This document shows positions 56,438 to 64,000 of a stretch of DNA of 64,000 bases, piece after piece. This stretch comes from an uncultured Planctomycetota bacterium. Its GTDB lineage: Bacteria; Planctomycetota; Planctomycetia; Isosphaerales; Isosphaeraceae. A program made the translations under genes and the position numbers. Location: contig CAVTTN010000002.1 in NCBI GenBank assembly GCA_963737655.1, positions 3,680,001 to 3,744,000 of the forward strand, read 5' to 3'. Position 1 is the stretch's first letter; each line of letters starts with the position of its first letter. The notes under the pieces were generated by a model that saw only the letters and a list, made by a program, of their open reading frames with translations, did no database searches and was not told the origin of the DNA.

Positions 56438-56511
56438 TCGTAGGGTGCATGAAATGCACCATCTTCGATCGCATTCTCCATCGAAGATGGTGCATTTCAT
56501 GCACCCTACGA
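56438..56511. repeat. Inverted REP-like doublet (REPIN/BIME-like) with 32-bp perfect arms
   Basis: TCGTAGGGTGCATGAAATGCACCATCTTCGAT-N10-reverse complement. Each arm holds an internal hairpin GGTGCAT-GAA-ATGCACC preceded by GTAG. A degenerate third unit lies at 56398-56414. Confidence 0.85.
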
Positions 56512-57084
56512 AGGCGGAAACTCCACGTCCTCGTCGAGTTCGGAGAGCGGGATCTCGCAGCCGAGCGAGGGGATTCGCACCGAGGAATCGAGGCCCGAAA
56601 AAACGACCGCCGACCACGACTCGCCGTCTCGCGAATGGCATTCGCCCCGGGGCTCGTCCTGCCAGACCAGCACGTAATCCCTCAAGGACGGCACTTGCCG
56701 ATAGAGCGCGAACTTCTTGCCGCGATCAGATGAGGCGGTCGATTCCGAGAGCACCTCGACCACGACGCCGGGATTGAGCAAGGTGTCGAGTTCCTCGTCT
56801 GCGAGGATCGGCGTTTCGATCGCGACGACGACATCGGGATACGTGTAGAACGTCCCGGAGCCGGCCCGGACCCGCATGTCCGAGGGATAGACCCGGGGGC
56901 CAAATCCTCTTGTCCTGATCCGAAGTCCGGTCAGGAAATTGGCCGAGATGAGGTGATGAGCTTCCCGGGCGCCGGGCATGGCGACGATCTCCCCGTCCCG
57001 GTATCCCGACTTCGTGAGCGCGGGGCGCTCCTGCGCGAATTATTCCTGAGGGGTCACCGGCGAGCGAACGGGGGGGGATGCCAT
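56506..57084 (-). pseudogene. Uma2 family endonuclease pseudogene (in-frame TAA at 57040-57042)
   Basis: MASPPVRSPVTPQE*FAQER...YRDGEIVAM continues in frame into YPDVVV, VVEVLSEST-x-DRGKKF-x-Y, SLRDYVLV. Confidence 0.8.
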
Positions 57085-57104
57085 GAGCGCCCTCCGACCA
57101 CCGA

Positions 57105-57662
57105 TCAGCCAGCGGCCTCGGTGAGGTCCGCCTTGGGCTTGTCGGCCCTCTCCGCCGCGGCCTCGGGCCGGAGGGCCAGGAGCATGAGGATCACCGCGCC
57201 GACGACCAGCATGTTGTCGGCGAAATTGAAGATCGCGCAGTCGAAATTGACCGGATCGACGTGGAAATGGACGAAGTCCCGGACGTGACCGTAGCGGAGG
57301 CGATCGAAGCAATTGCCCAGGGCGCCGGCCATGATCAGGCCCAGGGCGCCGGTGAGCCTCGCGTCGGTCGCCGCACCCCGGACGAACAACCAGTAGCAGA
57401 TCGCCCCCGCCGCCACGATCGAGAGGCCCGCGAACAGGATCGGGCTGTACGGCATCCCCCGCCCGAACCCCCACAGGGCCCCCGGATTATAGCTGGTCTG
57501 GATCTCGAGAAGGCCGCGGATCACCGGATACGGCGCCGAGACCTGGGGCTCACCCAGCCGGGCGAAGACCAGGGACTTGGTGACCAGGTCGAACCCCGCC
57601 CCCCCGAGCGCGATCGCCCAGAAGAGGATCCAGCGGCTCAGGGGGACTCGCGGCCTCTCCAT
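57105..57662 (-). CDS. lspA: Lipoprotein signal peptidase II
   Basis: DLVTK, NPGALWG, GALGNCFDRL, VRDF, IFNFAD. Confidence 0.95.
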   Translation of the reverse strand: MERPRVPLSRWILFWAIALGGAGFDLVTKSLVFARLGEPQVSAPYPVIRGLLEIQTSYNPGALWGFGRGMPYSPILFAGLSIVAAGAICYWLFVRGAATDARLTGALGLIMAGALGNCFDRLRYGHVRDFVHFHVDPVNFDCAIFNFADNMLVVGAVILMLLALRPEAAAERADKPKADLTEAAG

Positions 57663-57663
57663 C

Positions 57664-58047
57664 TCAGCCGTTCTCCAATTTCCGGGCGCAGTCGATGCAG
57701 TACGGAGTGTACGGGATCGCCTGGAGCCTCGGCTTGGCGATCAGGCCGCCGCACTCGGTACACAGGCCGAACGTGCCGGCCTCGATCCGCCCGAGGGCCT
57801 CGTGGATCTGGTCCAGGGTCCCTTGCTGGTTCTCGATGAGCTCCAGGTCGAACTCCTGGTCGTAGTTCTCCGTCCCCACGTCGGCCATGTGCAAGGGCAT
57901 GTTCGACAGGTTGCCCGAGGACTCCGCGCCATTGCGGTGGAGCGCCTCGTCGGTCAACTGGTCGAGGTCGCCCCGCAGACGGGCGCGGAGGCCCATCAGG
58001 GACTGACGATAGGATTGCAGCTCCTCAGTCTTCAGTGCGGTGGCCAT
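57664..58047 (-). CDS. TraR/DksA family C4 zinc-finger regulator
   Basis: Coiled coil with HMADVGT; ALGRIEAGTFGLCTECG...RLQAIPYTPYCIDC. Confidence 0.9.
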   Translation of the reverse strand: MATALKTEELQSYRQSLMGLRARLRGDLDQLTDEALHRNGAESSGNLSNMPLHMADVGTENYDQEFDLELIENQQGTLDQIHEALGRIEAGTFGLCTECGGLIAKPRLQAIPYTPYCIDCARKLENG

Positions 58048-58278
58048 GAAGGTCCTGCTCGTCGGGATCTGACGGTCCGGGAGAGGCGGACGGCGGGACT
58101 GTATCCATCAGGTCGCGCCTTGTCCATCCGAAGAGATCCAGCCTACACCGTTGGCTCATCCCGGGGCCACCCCGAACCGCCCTCTTTTCCCCTTCGATCC
58201 GTCCGGCTTGACCTGCCGCCCCCATCGGCTAGGCTTCACCGACCCCAAAAGTCCGCCGATCCCGCCCGAGGCCCCTCC

Positions 58279-59316
58279 ATGAACGATCCCAAAACCATGT
58301 TCGTGACCGGAGGCACCGGCCTCGTCGGCTCCCACCTGATCGAAGAAGCCCTCCGCCGAGGCCATCGGGTGCGCGCCCTCGTCCGCGCCTCCAGCGATAC
58401 CCGGCTCCTCGACCTCTGGGGCGTCGAGAAGGTCGAGGGCGACCTCGCCGACGCCGAGGCCCTTCGCCAGGGCGTCCGGGGCGCCGACTGGGTGTTCAAT
58501 TGCGCGGCCAAGGTGGGCGATTGGGGCACTCTGGAGGAATTCCGCAAGCTCAACGTCGAGGCATTCGGTCATCTCCTTGACGCCGCCTCGGCGGCCGACG
58601 TGGAACGATTCGTCCACGTCAGTTCGCTCGGCGTCTACGAGGGGCGCGACCATTTCGGCACCGACGAGACCACCCCGCCGGCCGCCGATTCGCTCGACGC
58701 CTACACGCGTTCCAAGACCGAGGCCGAATTCCTCGCGCTTCGCTACTTTCACGAACGCAAGTTGCCGGTCTCGATCGTCCGCCCCGGGTTCATCTATGGA
58801 GAGCGAGATCGGACGGTCCTGCCCAAGCTCCTGACGAACCTCCGTCGCGGGACGTTCGCCTACTTCGGCTCGGGCGAACAGGCGTTGAATTGCATTTATG
58901 TGAAGAACCTCGTCCACGGCCTCTTCCTCGCGGCCGAGACGCCCGGGGCGGTGGGCGAGACGTTCAACCTGACCGACGGCACCCGGGTCAGCAAGAGGCA
59001 ATTCATCGGCAAGGTCGCCGAGCTCGCCGGGCTGAAGCCGCCTCGCCGCAAGATCCCGCTCTGGCTCGCCCGGTTCCTGGCGACGGCGATGGAGAGGAGG
59101 GCCAGGAGGAAGGGCGCGACCGAGCCTCCGCTGGTGAACAAGGCCCGGTTCAAGTTCCTCGGATTGAACCTGGATTATTCGATCGAGAAGGCCCGGAGGG
59201 TCCTCGGATACGAGCCTCCCTTCACGACCGAGCAGGGACTGACGGCGGCGATGGCGGATCTTTCGCCGTCCTCCCGGCAGCCGGAGACGGCCGGGGCCGC
59301 CCTGGGATCGGGTTGA
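58279..59316 (+). CDS. NAD-dependent epimerase/dehydratase (extended SDR, 3-beta-HSD-like)
   Basis: VTGGTGLVG, HVSSLGVY, YTRSK, RPGFIYG. Confidence 0.92.
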   Translation: MNDPKTMFVTGGTGLVGSHLIEEALRRGHRVRALVRASSDTRLLDLWGVEKVEGDLADAEALRQGVRGADWVFNCAAKVGDWGTLEEFRKLNVEAFGHLLDAASAADVERFVHVSSLGVYEGRDHFGTDETTPPAADSLDAYTRSKTEAEFLALRYFHERKLPVSIVRPGFIYGERDRTVLPKLLTNLRRGTFAYFGSGEQALNCIYVKNLVHGLFLAAETPGAVGETFNLTDGTRVSKRQFIGKVAELAGLKPPRRKIPLWLARFLATAMERRARRKGATEPPLVNKARFKFLGLNLDYSIEKARRVLGYEPPFTTEQGLTAAMADLSPSSRQPETAGAALGSG

Positions 59317-59360
59317 TCCGCTATAATGAGGGACCCATCATCCCCCAGGAGGCATCCCCG

Positions 59361-59897
59361 ATGTCGGAGGTCCAGGGCAAGCGCATCGCGGTCCTCGTCG
59401 AGAAGTTCTACGAGGACCTGGAGTTGTGGTATCCGGTCCTCCGGCTCCGAGAGGCCGGATGCCAGGTCAGGATCGTCGGGCCGAGGGCGGGCGAGACCTA
59501 CGCCTCGAAGCACGGCTATCCGGCGAAGGCCGACGTCTCGGCCTCCGACGTGAAGGCCGACGACTTCGACGCGATCGTGATCCCCGGCGGCTACTCGCCC
59601 GACCACATGCGCCGGCACAAGGCGATGGTCGATCTCGTGACCGACGCCATGAACAAAGGCAAGGTCCTCGCCGCGATCTGCCACGGCCCGTGGATGCTCT
59701 GCTCGACGAAGGCGCTCAAGGGCCGGCGCGTGACCGGGTTCATGTCGATCCGGGACGACGTGGAGAACGCCGGAGGCGTCTGGGAAGACGCCGCATGCGT
59801 CCGGGACAAGAACCTCGTGACCAGCCGGACGCCCGACGATCTCCCCGCGTTCATGCAAGGCATCTTCGCGGCCCTGGCCGAGGCGCCCGCCCGCTGA
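59361..59897 (+). CDS. pfpI: PfpI/DJ-1 family (type 1 glutamine amidotransferase-like) protein
   Basis: YEDLELWYP, IPGG, AAICHGPW, LVTSRTPDDL; TATAAT at 59322-59327. Confidence 0.9.
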   Translation: MSEVQGKRIAVLVEKFYEDLELWYPVLRLREAGCQVRIVGPRAGETYASKHGYPAKADVSASDVKADDFDAIVIPGGYSPDHMRRHKAMVDLVTDAMNKGKVLAAICHGPWMLCSTKALKGRRVTGFMSIRDDVENAGGVWEDAACVRDKNLVTSRTPDDLPAFMQGIFAALAEAPAR

Positions 59898-59905
59898 AGT
59901 CGGCC

Positions 59906-61336
59906 TCATTTCAGTCGAAAAAGGACGTCGCCGGGTCGTTTCGTGCTATCCCAATCGACCCGGCCGCCGTCGTCCTTGCCATCCTTGCCGATAGAATAGA
60001 TCACGGGTTGGCCGTCAACCGTCGCGAGCTTGAACGGCCTGGAGTCGAACGGATCGGTCGGAACTTTCGCGATCCCGGCCGCTCGGAAGAGGGAGGCCAG
60101 GTCGGGCGGGTTCCCTTTCCGGGTGATCCGCCAGCGTTTCAGGGCGACGAGGCCGGTCGTCCCCCGGCGGATGGCCTCCAACCGGGTCACGGTCAAGTCG
60201 AGCGAGCCCGAGACCGGGACGACCAGGGCGGGGATCACCAGCGCCGGCCGGGCGGCCATCTGTTGCTTCCAGCCCTCGAAGAAGACCTCGGCCCGACCGG
60301 ACCTCGCCGAGTACGCCAGCCGCGACCTCGCCTCGGTCTGGGCACGATAATACCGGTTCAATTCGGCGAGGACCGAGGCATAGCCGGCATCTCCGGCCCG
60401 GTCGAGGTTGGTCGAGAGGGCCTGGAGCTGCTCGGGAGTGAAGCCATCGGAGATCGCCGAGAGGGTTCGGAGCCGGAGCTCGGCCGCGGGAATTCCTCGG
60501 TCGTCCGCCTTCCCGAAGCAGTCGTTCGCGACGGATCGCCAGAGGACGTACTCCCCTCGAAGCGCCTCCTCGTAAACGTTCGATTCCGCGGCCTCGTGGG
60601 CGGCCAGGAGCTTGATGAGTCGATCGCAATCGGCCGCGGTCAGCCCGTTCAGGGTCAAATAAAGCGGAATGACCTGCGATTCCAGGATATTCTCCATCGC
60701 CAGGGAGACGAGATGGCAGATGGATGGCCCTCTCGGCTGGAGGTCCCGGCAGAGGCGGAGGACCGTGGCCATGTCCCGGATCGGCCGGTCGCGGTCCCCT
60801 CGCGCCACGTCCCGGCGGACCCTCAAGGAGACCACCCGGACGACCTGCCGGGCCGCCTGGGCGTGGGGCAGGAGCGATTCGATCGAGATTCCCGGCTGGA
60901 ACATGCACCGGGGCCGATGCTGCGCCTCGGCCAGCCTGGCAAAGCCGACTTCGTACTCCTTCAAATGAGCATCGATCTCCGCATCGGAGACCGAACCCGG
61001 GTCGGCCTCGATCTGGGCGTTGATCGCCTTCCATCGATCGGCGCGGGCCTGGGCCACGGCCTTCCGCCGGGTTGTCTCGGGGCCTTCGGTGAAGCACGAG
61101 GCCGTCTCGGGCGAGAATTCCAGGAGGGCATCGAGGTAGACCGGGGCCGCGTTCTGGTTCGGCGGCGGGGCCTGGAAGAACTTAACCATGTCGAACGGCG
61201 AATCGGCCACGAGCCAGGCCGGCGGCTTCGCGACGAACCCCGGCAGGTGCGGCGGGGGAGTCGGAGGCCCCTGGGCGACGCCGGGGCGGCCAGCCGCGAT
61301 CGGCAAGACGAACAGGAATAAGCGGGATATTTGCAT
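59906..61336 (-). CDS. Secreted helical hypothetical protein with DPF...YSIG-x-DG-x-DDGG C-terminal motif
   Basis: Signal-like N-terminus, NAAPVY, helical core, C-terminal DPFDSRPF...IYSIGKDGKDDGG. Confidence 0.75.
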   Translation of the reverse strand: MQISRLFLFVLPIAAGRPGVAQGPPTPPPHLPGFVAKPPAWLVADSPFDMVKFFQAPPPNQNAAPVYLDALLEFSPETASCFTEGPETTRRKAVAQARADRWKAINAQIEADPGSVSDAEIDAHLKEYEVGFARLAEAQHRPRCMFQPGISIESLLPHAQAARQVVRVVSLRVRRDVARGDRDRPIRDMATVLRLCRDLQPRGPSICHLVSLAMENILESQVIPLYLTLNGLTAADCDRLIKLLAAHEAAESNVYEEALRGEYVLWRSVANDCFGKADDRGIPAAELRLRTLSAISDGFTPEQLQALSTNLDRAGDAGYASVLAELNRYYRAQTEARSRLAYSARSGRAEVFFEGWKQQMAARPALVIPALVVPVSGSLDLTVTRLEAIRRGTTGLVALKRWRITRKGNPPDLASLFRAAGIAKVPTDPFDSRPFKLATVDGQPVIYSIGKDGKDDGGRVDWDSTKRPGDVLFRLK

Positions 61337-61338
61337 GA

Positions 61339-62235
61339 TTACCCTCGATGTCTCGGCGGTTTCCCGCCCTGATTCGCCTGGTCCAGGAGTCGGCGGAGAC
61401 GCTCGATCTCGGCCTCGGCCTCGGCCCTCCCCCTGGCCTCGACCTCCGCTCGGAGGCCCAGTTCCTCCGCTCTCTTCCGTTCCTCTTCCGCTCGCTTCCG
61501 CTCGTCTTCCGCTCGCTTACGCTCGTCTTCCGCTCGCTTGGCCTCCTTGACCGCCTTCTTCGCTTCCCGGGATGCTCGCTTCGCCTCGCGATCCGCGCGT
61601 TTGCGCTCGGCCTCGGCCTGGGCGACGGCCCGATCGGCCCGGTCGCCTCGCTCGCGAGGAGTCGGCACCCTCCGGCCGGTCTCGGGGTCGAACAGGCGGA
61701 CCTCCCAGCCGTCGGCTTCGAGGTGGAGGCCGAGGACTTCACTCGGCAGACGGCCCTCGACCGCCACGATCGGCCGATACTCCCCCTCGACCCGCCGGAA
61801 GCCTCGGAGGGGCGGGTCGAGATAGTCGCTCTCGGGGTCGAAGAGGAAGTATTCGGCCACTTCCAGGACGTCCCGGTAGAGCTCGAACTTCCCCTCTTCG
61901 TCTTCTTCCTGCGTCGATCGCCACGTCACCTCGACGATGAAATCGGGCGCCTTGCCCCCCTCAATCCAGGTCTTGTAGACCCGGCGTTCGGGGAGCTTGG
62001 GCACGCCCTTGACCAGGAACACGTCGGGGACGACCGACTTCTTCGGCTGCCCTTCGGCGTAATACAGGAACATGTTGCCCGAGACGTAGACCCTCGGGTC
62101 TCGCTCGTGGAGCCAGTCGAGGGTCTCGATCAGGTTCGCCATGTTCTTGCGGTGGAGGGGCGTCTCGCCCATCGGCTGGCCGTCCGATTCGGGGTACTCG
62201 ATGTCGTGGACGGGCTTCTGGAACGAGATCGACAT
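61339..62235 (-). CDS. Uma2 family endonuclease with C-terminal coiled-coil repeat tail
   Basis: YPESDGQPMGET, PDVFLV, PDFIVEV, EYFLFDP; tail of KRAE(D/E)ER heptads. Confidence 0.9.
   Translation of the reverse strand: MSISFQKPVHDIEYPESDGQPMGETPLHRKNMANLIETLDWLHERDPRVYVSGNMFLYYAEGQPKKSVVPDVFLVKGVPKLPERRVYKTWIEGGKAPDFIVEVTWRSTQEEDEEGKFELYRDVLEVAEYFLFDPESDYLDPPLRGFRRVEGEYRPIVAVEGRLPSEVLGLHLEADGWEVRLFDPETGRRVPTPRERGDRADRAVAQAEAERKRADREAKRASREAKKAVKEAKRAEDERKRAEDERKRAEEERKRAEELGLRAEVEARGRAEAEAEIERLRRLLDQANQGGKPPRHRG
61463..61539 (-). repeat. 21-bp coding tandem repeat (about 3.7 units)
   Basis: Encodes KRAEDER-KRAEDER-KRAEEER-KRAEE. Confidence 0.8.
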
Positions 62236-62278
62236 GGTTCGGGCCTCCGGTGGGATGACGCCCCGCCCCGCGACATGC

Positions 62279-63592
62279 TCAGATGAACTCGTTGATGAGG
62301 TTTTCCAGCATCTCCTGCCGGCCGCTCCGGTTCGTGGTCACGTCGCCGATGGCGAAGGCGTGCGCTTCCATGTCGCCGAAGCTGGCCTTGCCGGATTCCA
62401 CCTTCCGGCCGAGAGGGCCGTCCCAGCTCGCGTACCGCTCCTTGACGACCTGCGCGAGGCGGCCGTCTTCGCGGATCGCGTGGGCGATCTTGAGCCCTCG
62501 GGCGAAGGCGTCCATGCCGCCGATGTGGGCGTAGAACAGGTCGATCGGCTCGAAGCTCTCGCGCCGGACCTTGGCGTCGAAGTTCACCCCGCCCGTGGTG
62601 AACCCGCCCATGTCCAGGATCGCCAGCATGCACTTGGAGGTCAGATAGACGTCGGAGGGGAACTGGTCGGTGTCCCAGCCGACGAGCGGGTCTCCGGTGT
62701 TGGCGTCGATCGATCCGAGCGCGTCGGAGGCGATGGCCATCCTCAGCTCGTGGTCCATCTCGTGGCCGGCGAGGGTGGCGTGGTTGGTCTCGACGTTCAT
62801 CTTGAAGTGAGGGAGCAGGTCGTACGTCCGGAGGAAGTTCAGGCAGCTCTCGACGTCCGAATCGTACTGGTGCTTGGTCGGCTCCATCGGCTTGGGCTCG
62901 ATGTAGAACTGGCCGGTGAAGCCGATCTGCTTCTTGTAGTCCACGGCCATGTGGAGGAATCGGGCGAGGTGTTCGATCTCGCGCTTGACGTCGGTGTTCA
63001 GGAGGGTCGAATACCCCTCGCGGCCTCCCCAGAACGTGTATCCCTCGCCTCCGAGGTCCTTCGTCACTTCCATGGCCTTCTTGACCTGGGCCCCGGCGAA
63101 GGCGAAGACGTCGAGGTTCGGGCTGGTGGCGGCCCCGTGCATGAACCGGCGGTTGCTGAAGAGGTTGGCGGTGCCCCAGAGGAGCTTGACCCCGCTCCGT
63201 TCTTGCTCGTCCTTGAGCGCCTTGGCGACGGCGTCGAGGTTCTTGTGGCTGGCCTTGAGGTCCGGGCCTTCGGGCGACACGTCGCGGTCGTGGAACGCGT
63301 AGTAGGGCGCGCCGAGCTTCTCCATGAACTCGAAGGCCACCTTGACCTTGTTCAGGGCATTCTCGAGCGAGCCCGACCCGTCGTCCCAGGGCCGGACGGC
63401 CGTCCCGACCCCGAACGGATCGGACAGGGGGTTGCTGAAGGTGTGCCAGTAGACGACGGAGAATCGCAGGTGGTCCTTCATCGTCTTGCCGCCGACCAGC
63501 TCGTCGGCGTCGTAGTGCTTGAACTCCAGCGGGTTCCGGGACTTCGGGCCGCCGTAAACGATCTTCTTCACGTCCGGAAAGGCTTCGGCCAT
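62279..63592 (-). CDS. xylA: Xylose isomerase (class II)
   Basis: [30 protein letters not shown]. Confidence 0.97.
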   Translation of the reverse strand: MAEAFPDVKKIVYGGPKSRNPLEFKHYDADELVGGKTMKDHLRFSVVYWHTFSNPLSDPFGVGTAVRPWDDGSGSLENALNKVKVAFEFMEKLGAPYYAFHDRDVSPEGPDLKASHKNLDAVAKALKDEQERSGVKLLWGTANLFSNRRFMHGAATSPNLDVFAFAGAQVKKAMEVTKDLGGEGYTFWGGREGYSTLLNTDVKREIEHLARFLHMAVDYKKQIGFTGQFYIEPKPMEPTKHQYDSDVESCLNFLRTYDLLPHFKMNVETNHATLAGHEMDHELRMAIASDALGSIDANTGDPLVGWDTDQFPSDVYLTSKCMLAILDMGGFTTGGVNFDAKVRRESFEPIDLFYAHIGGMDAFARGLKIAHAIREDGRLAQVVKERYASWDGPLGRKVESGKASFGDMEAHAFAIGDVTTNRSGRQEMLENLINEFI

Positions 63593-63792
63593 CGGAATGT
63601 TCTCGCCCGCGAGAGGTGGTGGAGAGAGGGGTGCTCGCCCGCGACAGTCTAAAGGCCCTCCCGGGGCCGGACAACCCCGCCGTGACTCGCCTCGCCAGAC
63701 TTCCGCGATCGCCTCCGGACCGACTCCGGGCTCAGGCTTGCGGCGCCCCCGCCCCCCGGGTCTAATGCGATCTCACCCGGAGTCCCCCGCCG

Positions 63793-64000
63793 ATGACCCG
63801 CCCGCTCCTCGTCCTCGTCCCGCTCCTCCTCGGCCTGCCGGCCTCGTCTCCGGCCGACGATTTCGTCGAGAACGCCCTGGCGAAACCGATCCTCGGCCCC
63901 CGGCAATCGATGGAAGAGGCCCGAGACTTCGTCGAGGCCCGGCTCCCGAGGATGCCGGCCCTGTCCACCGCAGGGGCCTGGCAGATCGAGGCGGCGAGGC
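63793..64000 (+). CDS. Secreted protein, N-terminus only (truncated by window end)
   Basis: ATG 63793 after GGAG; MTRPLLVLVPLLLGLPASSPADDF... is open to the window end. Confidence 0.6.
   Translation, partial: MTRPLLVLVPLLLGLPASSPADDFVENALAKPILGPRQSMEEARDFVEARLPRMPALSTAGAWQIEAAR

Noticed and set aside
56398..56511. CRISPR array
   Set aside because: The units are inverted rather than direct repeats with unique spacers, and there are no cas genes.

Overview
GC-rich bacterial chromosomal segment, most likely from a planctomycete of the Isosphaeraceae type. That assignment is inferred from a LEPRxL-type export motif, a PEP-CTERM protein, membrane Ser/Thr kinases, a large WD40 protein and three Uma2 genes. 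Housekeeping and metabolic genes: topA, cbiA, cobM, der, acpS, pcrA/uvrD, dapA, ligA, ndk, cysK plus a JAB peptidase, chdC/hemQ, manA, mqnA-mqnC plus a candidate aminofutalosine deaminase, glnA, lspA, a dksA-like gene, pfpI and xylA. Lineage-specific content: four tandem paralogue pairs (Calx-beta/beta-helix surface proteins, small multi-TM proteins, kinases, Zn-ribbon/DUF2007-like proteins) and a small accessory patch at 6.9-9.4 kb with a candidate HExxE metallo-toxin/immunity pair. A family of GTAG-tagged REP-like palindromes is also present, two copies of which supply TAG stop codons. At least four genes (topA, pcrA, natB-like permease, amidohydrolase), and probably three more, carry single-base indels that look like assembly errors. 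No rRNA, tRNA, CRISPR array, integrase or transposase was recognised. All product calls rest on motif recognition by eye; no database was searched.
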